Source: Craspedostauros australis
Taxonomy: Eukaryota
Assembly: GCA_030167865.1 (NCBI GenBank)
Contig: JALAGF010003459.1
Span: forward strand, 1-64,000
Reading direction: 5' to 3'
DNA: 64,000 bases
Shown here: one piece after another, positions 1 to 10,953 of the stretch
Numbering within the stretch: the first letter of the stretch is position 1
Layout: each line of letters starts with the position of its first letter
The notes under the pieces: generated by a model
Database searches by the model: none
Seen by the model: the letters and a program-made list of their open reading frames with translations, nothing else
Told to the model about the DNA's origin: nothing
Made by a program: the position numbers and the translations under genes

Positions 1-16
1 CAGCCAACCTGCTTCC

Positions 17-916
17 TCACTGGGACTGGCGATGCATGTCCCGCGTCGGAGCCGATGCGGCGGGGTGTTCGTCAAATTCATTGTGGGTTCTGTGATGATG
101 CCGGCGAGGATGAGGTGGCTTGGATGCGCGCGGCTTGATTGCAGGAGCTGCCGGACAGAGCTGCGGGATGGGATCCACGACGGATGTCACCGTCAGCCAA
201 CCGACGGTGTGCCGCGGTTGCACAACCGGGAAGAAGGTGCAGTCATTCGTGAACGTGATCAAGGCGACGTTCGTCACACCCTCGCCATGCTGGTTGGTGC
301 CCACCACGTTGATCTGCAGGGCCCGTGGCAAGTCGGCGACGCTGTCGATCTCTTCCGGTGTGTTCGAGAAGGATTCGTAGGTCAGGATGTCGCCATGCTG
401 CATGTACAGGCTTTCGTGCGTCTCCTGCGTCAGCACATTGAGGTTGCGATCCAGCTCTGTGAATGTGACGGCGTGGATGGTATCTGGAACCAGGTCGTCT
501 CCGGCGCGATTCTCCTCCCCGAACGGACCCACAGCGCAGGCGTGTCCATCCAATCCGAAATTGTCCTCCATGATGGGCAATACTGTTCGTTCATCTCTTG
601 TGGATGCGGTGGATGTTGCCCCTGTCCTTGGTGATGACAACCGCCTTGTTGTCGATGGTGATGCTGAGGACGACGACGATGTCGATCGGTCTGCGATCGC
701 TTCCATATCATCGCAGGTTGATGTGAAGTCCAACTTGAATTCGTAAACATGCGGTGTGCACGAGCACAGGTCTTCGCCAATGATGAGGGGCGATCGCAAT
801 GAGGATGATTCCATCGTGATGTCTGCCGACAGTGGCACTGAATCCGCAGAGGCCATCGTGATGCCAGCGGCGGCGGCGGTGGCGACGAGAAGCTTGGAGG
901 AATGGAGGAACTTCAT
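17..916 (-). CDS. Secreted diatom-type protein of unknown function (CSCTP-YEFxLDF motif)
   Basis: 299-aa ORF with a hydrophobic signal peptide (LLVATAAAAGITMASA), paired Cys motifs (CSCTPHVYEFKLDFTSTC; ITFTNDC) and coding-like codon usage. The 3' end lies at the window edge. Confidence 0.7.
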   Translation of the reverse strand: MKFLHSSKLLVATAAAAGITMASADSVPLSADITMESSSLRSPLIIGEDLCSCTPHVYEFKLDFTSTCDDMEAIADRSTSSSSSASPSTTRRLSSPRTGATSTASTRDERTVLPIMEDNFGLDGHACAVGPFGEENRAGDDLVPDTIHAVTFTELDRNLNVLTQETHESLYMQHGDILTYESFSNTPEEIDSVADLPRALQINVVGTNQHGEGVTNVALITFTNDCTFFPVVQPRHTVGWLTVTSVVDPIPQLCPAAPAIKPRASKPPHPRRHHHRTHNEFDEHPAASAPTRDMHRQSQ

Positions 917-1591
917 CTTTCACGTTGCTTTGAGATGATGTATGTCTGTACTCGATGAGAATGAAACGAAAGGAGCTCAGATTGGTTGTGGATGCGATTT
1001 GTGTGTGCGGAGGCAGCGATGGAAAAACGACATCAAGTGATGCTCAAGTGCAGGTACTCAATGGCTTGTATCGTACTGCCCGTCCAGGATCGACTTTCCG
1101 AGTAAGATCATGCGGCTTTGCTTCATGGCCACTCTCCGTCGCAAGATGTGATCCCGTCAAAACGGGAAGGTGTCGGCAAGAGATTTGGCGGTGGCAACAT
1201 GGTCACCATGGCCGATTTCGTCGCGAAGTCCAAGCCGCATCACAAAATTGTGAGCAAAATTGTTTCGGTTCAAATGATCAAGTGAGTCGCAAGCGTCGAG
1301 GCTGGCCAATTTCTGTGATGATTTGGTCATAGTGGTCGTTGGCAGATGCATAGTACTTTCTTAGCGTTAAGTGGCTCAGGTGGGGTCTGTCCTTCTGTCG
1401 CCCATGTTACCGCTCACATGATACTTCGTCTGATTTTGAGTTGATGACCATGGCCAAACAGTCACCGCTTCCCGTTTCCCTGTTGTCCTGCGACCTCCGC
1501 AGCCAACGAATTGGGGGTTGCTCTTCGACAACTCCATCATCAACGTATCAACACAACACATCAAAAACACACCAAATTCAGGACTTTCAAG

Positions 1592-2586
1592 ATGGTGAGT
1601 GGAACGGCGCGATGATGAAACGTGTGGGACGATGGCAGCGAGGCTTCAGCAGCACGGAGTATAGAGTATGGAGTACGGAATACGGCCCACAATGCACACC
1701 ATCTCCTTGGCGGTGTGATGCATCTTCACGAATGCGATACTGACAACTGCGTCCAACATTTCCACCCCAATCCCTCCCCCCGCTCTCCCTCCGACAGGCA
1801 CCAAAGGGAAAAGGAAAGAAGAGCAAGGACTCCAAGCCTAAGGTTGCCAAGGCCGCCGACCCACTCTTCCCATCGCGTGCTCGCACGTACCAGATCGGAG
1901 GAGCCATCCGCCCAGCCGGACGCGACCTCTCCCGATTCGTGCGATGGCCAAAGTACGTGCGCATCCAGCGCCAGCGTGCCGTGCTCTACCAGCGTCTCAA
2001 GGTTCCACCTTCAATCAACCAGTTCACCAAGACCTTGAGCAAGAATGAGGCCATGACCGTCTTCACCCTCTTCAACAAGTACCGCCCAGAGACTCCAGCC
2101 GCCAAGAAGCAGCGTCTCAAGGAGACCGCTGCCGATGCCGCCGAGGGTAAGGATGAGGACGAGGACGCACCAGACGTCGTCAAGTTCGGTCTCAAGCACG
2201 TCACCACCCTGATCGAGGAGAAGAAGGCCTCCCTGGTCCTCATCGCCTGCGACGTCGACCCAATCGAACTCGTCATGTGGATGCCAGCCCTGTGCCGCAA
2301 GATGGACGTTCCGTACATGATCGTTAAGGACAAGGCCCGCCTCGGTGCCCTCGTCCACCAGAAGGTCTCCGCCTGCGCCTGCCTCACCACCGTGGGGAAG
2401 CAGGACTCCTCGCAGCTCAAGCTCCTCCAGGACCTCGCCATGGAGAAGTACAACAACAACCCAGACAACCTCCGCAAGTGGGGAGGTGGTATCATGGGTC
2501 TCAAGACACAGGCCAAGCTTGAGAAGCGTGCCAAGGCCATGGCTGTCGAGGAGGCCAAGAAGCTTGCATCCCTGGGCAAGGCCTAA
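1592..2586 (+). CDS. RPL7A: 60S ribosomal protein L7a (eL8)
   Basis: Exon 1 coding part is ATG only (1592-1594). Intron 1595-1797 (GTGAGT...CAG), exon 2 1798-2586. Motifs RDLSRFVRWPKYVRIQRQR, LKVPPSINQF, DVDPIELV, ALCRKMDVPY and WGGGIMG. Confidence 0.97.
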
Positions 2587-2851
2587 CCGAGAAGAAACGC
2601 AACTAAAGAAAACACCCACCCGAAACGAAGACAAACGTCCAAGCGCACTGCTGACGGTAACCTGTTGTACACTACACTTATTCCCCAAAAGTTTGGCTGG
2701 TGACTCACTCTCGAAGTGACGAGGCTCACTGTCATATTCGTCTCGTCGGCGCATGTCAGATATGAAGAGGTTGGGGATGATTGAGAATGTGTTCGATGCG
2801 TAGTAGTTCATGGGATTCCTATGAAGTTCAATAACACAGTTACATCCAACA

Positions 2852-2937
2852 ATGAGCAGGATCCTGGCTGGAGCCAGGTGCAGTGAACACTGCAGATGCC
2901 GACCATGGCATTGTGGTTCGATTCCACCTTTCTCATA
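2852..2937 (+). ncRNA. tRNA-Sec-like RNA with collapsed anticodon loop (no UCA)
   Basis: ATGAGCAGG AT CCTGGC-TGGA-GCCAGG TGCAGT-GAAC-ACTGCA GATGCC-GACCAT-GGCATT GTGG-TTCGATT-CCAC CTTTCTCAT A. This gives a 9-bp acceptor stem (one C-U mismatch), 6-bp D stem with 4-nt loop, 6-bp anticodon stem, long variable arm and 4-bp T stem, which is the eukaryotic tRNA-Sec 9/4 fold. Confidence 0.85.
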
Positions 2938-2957
2938 CACACCCACCCACCAACCGC

Positions 2958-3116
2958 ATGATGACGTTCACAACAGCACCAACAAGCCGAACGCTTCTGC
3001 TGTTGGGACTGGCGTGAAGCAATGGTTATTGTTGCACAGCGCAAGCTTCTCGAGTCTGGACCAACCACGTCTCGCAGGAGTAGCCCACCAACCCAAGCGC
3101 CCGCAAAAAGATCTGA
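2958..3116 (+). ncRNA. Candidate box C/D snoRNA-like structured RNA
   Basis: Box C ATGATGA at 2958-2964; long hairpin TTCAC/AACAGCA...TGCTGTT/GTGAA at 2967-3018; box D CTGA at 3113-3116. No target identified. Confidence 0.3.
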
Positions 3117-3173
3117 TCAAACTCTCAAGACACCAACGGCACACCTCCGACCTACACACACACTCTACTCCAG

Positions 3174-3314
3174 AGCACTTGTGTCAGTGGAAACACAGAT
3201 ATGTACAAGCGGCTCGCAGCGGAATACGATCCACATCAGAGTGCTATACCATGCCACATTGTCCTCTCCAAAAGAGACGTCCGTGTCTCGACGCAAGGGC
3301 GCTTTCACTACTGA
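3174..3314 (+). ncRNA. Candidate H/ACA-like hairpin pair
   Basis: AGCACT (3174-3179) pairs with AGTGCT (3240-3245), with an internal loop and upper GTGGA/TCCAC stem. ANANNA box ATACCA follows immediately (3246-3251), then a second hairpin at about 3260-3301. No clear terminal ACA. Confidence 0.25.
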
Positions 3315-5034
3315 CCTCGTCGCAAGATCCAACACACAAACAAGTCCAAACTATTCTATATAGTCATGTTAACGATCACTGGCTCTGACCATGCGCAGAT
3401 ACGACCAATCCCTTTTCGTGTCGTTGCCTGGAGTACCATCGGAGAACCGGGGGCTTGGATCTAAAGCTGGCGACAATTAGATCACAGATGTTGCTGAATG
3501 TGCGAGTAGTGAAAGATGACGACCGAAACCAGAGGAGGTGAGGCCTTTGATGCGTTTGGACGCAGACGTGGATTCGCGCTACTCCTGTCCCTTCCTCGAT
3601 CATGGTGCGCTCACCTGCGACGCACGCCTGTGAGCATCTGATGCATTCACGTTCACCAGAGATTGGACGGAATAGGACTCAAGATAATGCCGTCGCTAGT
3701 CGCCTTGCGTACGAACAAGCTGGGACAGCAACATGCAGTCTCTCTGGAGAGTGCTGCTGCTTTGGATTGAAGCGGCTTGCCTACGCACGTTGCGGTGGTG
3801 CTATATTGGCGAGCAAGTGTTGCGATAGTAGTGATGGATTGACATGTCTCCAATCCAGAGCATATCCTCTCTCCAACGAACGAACAAACGAACAGCGAGG
3901 AGCAGAATGGATCAGATGAACGTATCTTTGGAGATCCTGCTCGCGATGGTGTCCAACCTCCTGCACGTCTGCCAAGTGGCGCGATCAATCAATGATCCTC
4001 GTGGGCAGATGTGGTGTTGACAAACAGCGACGCAATGTTGCCACCAAGTATCAACAAGACCATAGCGTCACAAGGTCCTCTGGCTGACACTTTCTCGCTG
4101 CACAAATTTATTCTATTCAGTCCCCAGTGATGCGATTGGACAGGATCATCGCTCCTTCTGATTTCTTGTGCTGCGCGTGACGCCTTGTGGAAGACGACGG
4201 CGCAAGAGCATCATCACCCAGACCGCGAACAAGGAGCAGAGGTCCCGTGAATGCGCAGAATGCGTGTGTCGAAACGAGGGATGAAGATTAAGTAAGGCGA
4301 CAATGATGATATTTGTGAGGAAAGCAGCAGCATTCGCAACAAAGAACAGCAGGACCTATTCGATGGCCGATTCAACATACAAGCCGGTGATGTTTCTGTC
4401 TGCGAAGGCGAAGCCATCAAAGACACCGCACGTTATGCTCAGGACTGTCTGTCAATACTTCCGAGACACATCAAAAAGTGAAGACGATCGGGTAGCACCA
4501 TTTGATGGCGAGTAACCTCAGCGTTCCCTGCGAGTGTTGGTGCCAAGTTCGTCAAGAAGAGATTGAAGCTACGCGAAGAGATGTTGGTGGTCGTTTCTGC
4601 TCTCTGCCTCCATTTCTGTCATCGCATTTCGTTGCAGTCCCTTGTGCTTTTGTATCCCCTCCCCCAGAGAGAGACGATGCGAGACAGCACAAGACAGAGC
4701 AAGGCAGAGGGAGGCAGAGCACGGAATCGCTGTGATGCAAGCAAGACAGTCTTGGGGAAGGCAACCGCACGCAAGCGACGCGGGCATCTCTGTTGGGTTG
4801 ATTGGTGAGTTCGATCATCCTCCGTCACACAAATCTGACTTCTGCTGAAATCAAATCAAATCAAACGAAACGAAACAAAACGAGAAGAAACCAGAACCGA
4901 CAACTGCGGCAAACAAGACGGCAACATATGCACACACACTCCTACCTGCAATCCTGATCGCAACCTCTTTCGCCAGATCCAACAGAATACTCGTAGAGTA
5001 GCCGTCAACTGCACCAAACCGCATCGGATGTACC

Positions 5035-5988
5035 ATGACCGTCGTCACGCCTCTGGATTTGTTCATGACGCAGTTGCTTCTGTCAACCTCAGCAAACGAG
5101 AAGGTCGTCATCCAAGACGACAACGCCAAAGCACCAAGACCCCGAACCGACAAGCCCACAAGGAAGAGCTCGTCCAACCGAAGATGCCGCTCTCTCCAGC
5201 CACACAGATCCCTCTCAGGTTTGAAATCTCCACGCGCCAACCACGGCATCTCGAGATGGAGCGAGGCCGCCCCATGCACACCCATATCGCCAATCTTGTT
5301 CAATCGTGACTTTGCGCTGACGCGTAGTCCAAGTGATACCTACCCAGCAAAGCATGATGGCAACAAGACCATGTCGAAGAGTTGCTGCAAAGATTTTGCA
5401 CTCCATCGTCAGTCCATGTGCTACGATGGACAACCTGCAAGACCGCCGCCACTGCCGTCTCGATGGACCAGATTCCAAAATGAGAGAGAGTGCTGCACTC
5501 AGCTGACACGCCCCACAAGACAAGATTCGTTTCGCAAGACCTGTGTTTCCCGAACTCAGCTCATCCCGTCGGTGAGCATCTCGAATCATGCATTTGATGA
5601 TCGTCGTGATGGTGGTGATCGGAGCTACAATGACGAACCGACATTGATGCTATCTCCCACAGTATCTTCAATGTCGTCGACATCGACATCGACGTCGTCA
5701 TTCTCAGTATCATTATCATGTTCATCATCGTCGCCATCATCATGCTCGGTGTCGCAACATATCCCATCGTTGATGACTCAATGCTGTCATGCCAGCTCAA
5801 CAAGACTACGGTCAAAAGCACCAAACTACGAGAGAGGAAGACGTGGTAAAGACACACCACCTTCCTACCAGTGCTCTTCAACGTCGTTATCACCTCTTCC
5901 GCCATCGCCGTCGCATTTGTCGAAGTACACGAACCGCCTCATCTCAAAGTCTTCCAACAAACGAAGAAGTCGCTCTTCAAGCGTTTGA
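5035..5988 (+). CDS. Diatom-type Ser/Arg-rich low-complexity protein
   Basis: 317-aa ORF with good start context. N-terminal LDLFMxxLL...VVIQDDNAK motif and SRW motifs of the kind seen in diatom hypothetical proteins. Confidence 0.6.
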   Translation: MTVVTPLDLFMTQLLLSTSANEKVVIQDDNAKAPRPRTDKPTRKSSSNRRCRSLQPHRSLSGLKSPRANHGISRWSEAAPCTPISPILFNRDFALTRSPSDTYPAKHDGNKTMSKSCCKDFALHRQSMCYDGQPARPPPLPSRWTRFQNERECCTQLTRPTRQDSFRKTCVSRTQLIPSVSISNHAFDDRRDGGDRSYNDEPTLMLSPTVSSMSSTSTSTSSFSVSLSCSSSSPSSCSVSQHIPSLMTQCCHASSTRLRSKAPNYERGRRGKDTPPSYQCSSTSLSPLPPSPSHLSKYTNRLISKSSNKRRSRSSSV

Positions 5989-7938
5989 CTTGGCCACCTC
6001 ACCTTGATGCACATAGTGCATATGTACTACACTGCACGAATCCTGCAGGAATGCACTTTGATTCATCTCCGACATCCTTTGCGATGTCAGAGATCGATGA
6101 CATTCGTCAGGAATCCTCGGATTGCTTTGCAATCTCCACCAGCGTCACTGGCACTACCACAGCCTCTACAACATCAAGGACGTCAGCAAAGGAGGCAACA
6201 GAGACAGCTCAAAATGATTGAATGCATGTGTGACGAGCATGTTTCATTGAGGGAATCATCTTCATACACGATCACATTGGCGGTTGTTCAGAAGGTCTTG
6301 CGCACATGTGATCTGCGTACCGGCCGATTCCAACCAGATGAGTATACGAGTAAAACAATAGTACATGCCCGCACAACAGCTCGTACCATACAGCACGCGC
6401 ACTATCGTCTTTCGAGAATAGGTCGAGGAGATGCACTATCGTGTACTTGCACGTTGCGGTGGTGTGCGATGGTCCTGTGTGGGTCGCAAGAAAGCCACTT
6501 TCGCACCTCAGCGGCTGCTCTACGTTTCAGGACCACCTCACGACCACCGCAGTACCTAGTGAAGCTGCCAGGCAGGAACCTCCGATGCGGATGGGGGATA
6601 GGGTACAATTCGAATACTCTGCTCTACTTTTCCGCCAACGATTCCGAAGAGTCACACTTGATGCACTCGAGCAAGCGTATTCACATATCGAACTGTAGTA
6701 AAACACACGTAGAGTACAGTACTATACTTGAACCAAGGTGCTATTCCATGGCAAGAGCAGAGAATGCAGGCGAACATAGTGTCCTTGCTGGATACTTTGA
6801 CACCGTGTCTCATGCTCCACCCTGAGCGAAAAAGTGGCCCCAAATGCACGGTGCTACACATACTTCGATGAGAATCCAGAGACTGATGGAGGAGACCTTG
6901 CCGAATGATACGACACGGACACTGGTAACAATTGTGGAGTATGATGATGCGAATGCGCTTCCGGTTCGAGTATTCAAAGAGTATTGCATCTGAGGTCAAA
7001 AGATCACACTGCTGGTCTCATGCGAGTGCAACCACAAGAGAAAAACTCACAACTGGCTCGTCGGCACGTTTACTCTGCATACTATCACCACTGTCCAGGA
7101 ACGAGCCGCAATGGAATGCGATGAAGAAGCGCTCCGTTCCCTCAAATCGAGTTTGTACGTGATCTTCGGAGAGACGGCATGTTCGTTTCACGGAGGCGGC
7201 GTTTCGGAGAAAGATGTTGTGAGATACACGCATTTTTTGCCATCGCGTCAGGAGATCCGCGATTTCGCTCTTCCTGGTACCGATTTCCCCCTCCGCTCCA
7301 GCTGCCCTTGACCATCACCGCTCTTTCTTGTGCCTAATGGCGTTGTGCGTGGCTTCTGATACCAAGACGGTTGCATGAACGTGATGTCCCATCGCGGAAG
7401 TGGGATTGGAGACGAGTTGTGTAGCGAGTATTGCCAGCAACCCGGAACACATACTGGAGTAGCGTCGTCGTGATGTGCCAGGGAAGCCTGACCGCAGAGG
7501 ATATCTCTCTGCGGTTGCAGCTGCAGCTACAACTGCACCAATGCGCCATACCAATACTCGCTCCCTCTGCAGTGCGTAGTGTGCGAGAACGATCATGAGC
7601 ACGAAGACGAGGAAGCACCAAAGCACAAACGGGTATCACGGAGTAGTCTCCTAGAGTATCAATCTGTAGTATGCTAACATTGGCATGGAGCCGGGGACAG
7701 TACCGCCACCGCTGCGTGTATACTCGCACGTTAGTACAGAAGCGTTTCGTGTGCAGTTGTGTCCCTATGGATAATCGTTGTCGCTGGATCACGATGCTAT
7801 GCGTGCGCACGCATGTCGTTGCTGCTCCAGCGGCTGCATCTTTGCGTTGGTCTATCGTACTCTTTCACACCACGAGTGCACTTGTATCTATATCATATCG
7901 TGCCACTCTGCCTTCGCTTTGTCTTGCTCTTTGCCTCG

Positions 7939-8556
7939 TCATGACGAGAATTGAGACGGCCGTATTCGCTGGCGGCGACTGCGGGATGCTGGACCTAACC
8001 GTTTGTCTTGCGCTGGTTCTCGCTCGCACGAATTTGGTGCTTCGTACATGAGAGGACTCGCAGCGATGTGTGGAGGGGGCGGAGGAGGAGCATCCATGTT
8101 GGACAGTGTTGCTGCCTTGCTTTCGGAGAAAAGACGCCGTCGGCGACTACTGCTGGTACTGGAGAAGGCATGCGGGGCGTCATAGTCGTCACCGACTCCC
8201 ATCGCCATTAACGCCGATGCGTTTGGTTGCGTGGGTGGAGGCAGTGCTGAACTCATTGCACCACGCTGACGTTCGCTGCCGTCGTGCGGGCACTCCTCGT
8301 GATCTGCGCCGTCTGCACTTGTGGCAATCGAGATTTCATCCAGTGACGATGTTGATGTGAACAGGCCAATAGCCCCGGCCTGGTTGAAGCTTCCGCCGAA
8401 CCCGCGGCTGTCGATGCTGCGGCAGCTGCCCCCGCCGCTCCCGAATGACGATCTGGCATCATCTCGGACGATGTGCACACGGGGCCGATCGCTTCCCTCT
8501 GACAGAGAGGAACGGCACAGGTTGGACATGAACTCATCCAGTGCCGAGAATGGCAT
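7939..8556 (-). CDS. Diatom-type low-complexity protein, N-terminally similar to 5035-5988
   Basis: 205-aa ORF with LDEFMSNL...VHIVRDDAR, preceded by a CA-rich 5'UTR-like sequence. Confidence 0.55.
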   Translation of the reverse strand: MPFSALDEFMSNLCRSSLSEGSDRPRVHIVRDDARSSFGSGGGSCRSIDSRGFGGSFNQAGAIGLFTSTSSLDEISIATSADGADHEECPHDGSERQRGAMSSALPPPTQPNASALMAMGVGDDYDAPHAFSSTSSSRRRRLFSESKAATLSNMDAPPPPPPHIAASPLMYEAPNSCEREPAQDKRLGPASRSRRQRIRPSQFSS

Positions 8557-10953
8557 GGTGCTGCTGGTATTGGATAGACGTTGCTGTGCGGATGCTGTTT
8601 ACCACTGTTGCTGTTGTTGCGAGTTGCGGTGCTTGGATGCTGTTGAAAATACTGGCTGTTGCTTCTGTGATTTATGTTCGTGCATCTGCTGCTGTGTGCG
8701 TTCCTCTTTGCTGGTGTGTTCGCAGAATACGAGTAGGTGCAAGGGTATGGTGCCGTACTCTGTCTGCTGATGCGTTGTTGGTCCAAATTGTGGCCGGGGG
8801 AGGGCTCTCTGGATGGGCAGGGATTCTTCAGCAGATTTCCTGGGCTAGCTGTACGAGTATCCTCTGGTCTCTTTTGAACGTGTCGGTGGCAGGGTTGTGT
8901 TTGGTTGCGTTTGGATGCGTTTGGTTGCGTTGTATCCGGTTGATCTGCGTCAGAAGTTGTGCCGAGAGGCCCGAGCATCGAAAATGTGATGCGCGACAAG
9001 CTGCCAGCAGGAGCTGCCAGCAAAGGCCAATTCGTCCCTCCTGGCGGATGCGGTTGGCGGTGTCGTTGTTGTAATGGTCGGCGTATCCTCTTTCCCTGAT
9101 ACGAATGCCGGAGGCGGATGGGTGCTGCGTTTTCAATGGAATTATCATTCTGTACAAAGACACGTTGCGGTGACAGTTCGAGTGGACTCCTGGCTTTTGT
9201 CATGTGATCTTTGCGTTTCCCTTTCGCTTCCCAGAACGCTGTTCTCTTCGTTTTCGCTGAGTCGTCCGACTGCGTGTTTCGCTGCCGAAGGCGTACATGG
9301 GCGGTCTGCGTGCGGACGCCGTTGTCATTCGCAGTCCATGTGGTTTCTTTACGTTCTTCGCTCGGCGTTTGCACGCATTGTGCTGTCACGACATCGCTTG
9401 GTCCGAAGGTGCCATCCACTCTCATCGCAACTTCTTTTTCGGATACAAACGGCGATTTGATTTATCGCCGCCTCGTTGCTCTTTCTCTGTCTCCATCTTG
9501 GCGTGCTTCCTGGTGGATCCCGTTGATCGCTTCCATCGATCCCTTTTGGCACTCGCTCACCGATGTGCGGGTCGCAACAACCCTGCAATTGTACCACGAG
9601 CAGGTCGTAGATCGTAGTTTCGTCCACAGACGCGACGGAGGGATCAACAACATCACTACATGCATATTTGTTGTGTCTCGGTTAGTTGACCGGCTGATCA
9701 ACCGACCGCGTGGATGGTGTCAATGGTTGACTGGTTGTTGAATTGGTCCGAGGTCCTTGTCTCCCTTCCGCTTTTTTGTCTCCAGTCTCGCGCAGATGTT
9801 GCTGGGCTTTGGTTCTGATTACGGGTATAGTAGTACTCTATTAACCGTCCCGCCCATCAATGAAAGACGTTCGCGGCGCTGTTGCCATTGCCCCTTCTCT
9901 GCGGGGGCTCCCGGAAACACAACAACTCTTATCACAGAGGACGATGGAGCGAGGCGTCTTGCTCCTTGCTTAAGTGCTGATCACGAGTTCATGGATGTTG
10001 CTGTCCTCATCTCGCTTCACACGTCTGTGTCATTGACCTTCCGTTGAGGGGCGGTTTGCTACCAACCACGTGTTCGTCACTGGGGTGCCTTTGGAATGTG
10101 GTGAGCGAAACCGTTGGCATCAGAACATCCCGAAGTCCACTCCCTTGTGAATTGCGGACGACGCTGCGGAGCCATTATTGTGACTCGATCGACTGATTTG
10201 GGCTTCAACAATTTAACCGGAACAGGGTCGCAGCACTCGATGAGCTTTCAGAAACGGAAATTTACCCGCGTCACGATTTGAATGTCAACAGGTTTTGAAG
10301 TTGGTCATGATTGATGGCGTGTTGGTTCCCCTCATCTTCCACCCGCTGCAGCGCTGTGCCGATTTGAAGCTCTTTGCGCAGCTCCAACTTACTCTGCCTC
10401 CTTCACTCCTTTTCTGTTCTTCTCTCGGTAGCAGGATACGACCTGTTTGTGATCGTGAATCCAGCTCGCGACTTGCAGCTTGCGACGTGTGCCAGTGATC
10501 GTGTTCACACCGCGGGACGATACAGTGTCGCTGGCGTTTGTTGTTACCACATTCGAGCATTGTCTTCTTCATGACCACACGTTTTCATCCACGATTGTCT
10601 GTTTGTCTGCAGTGTTGTCTGTCCACGATTCTAGTTGTATGTGAACACGTTTCAAACTTGTCTGTTTGTATTTGTCACGCCTTGTATGTTTGCCCACATC
10701 ACTTCTGAAGAGTTCGTCAACTTCTCACGATACTAAACGGACAAAGTACATCGTCCGCGAACAAAACAGCCGAACCAAATCGATAGCATTGCCGCGAACA
10801 ATGACGGATCTCGTTTTGTCCCATCACGCATCACTTCAGCCGCACAACCATCGCAGCCAACCATCTTGCGCACATACCCACACACCCATACTTTTTATAA
10901 TATTCAACAATCTGACACTCTCACACACACTTCAACGAAAGTAAGACATCACG

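Noticed and set aside
2852-2937. Functional decoding tRNA-Sec
   Set aside because: No UCA anticodon, only a 4-nt loop, and a non-G discriminator.
2961-3020. SECIS element (ATGA...hairpin...GA)
   Set aside because: Helix II length and the AA and GA positions do not fit, and there is no upstream UGA-containing ORF.
8253-9425. 390-aa minus-strand ORF
   Set aside because: Compositionally resembles translated CA-rich UTR/promoter and overlaps a more plausible ORF in another frame.
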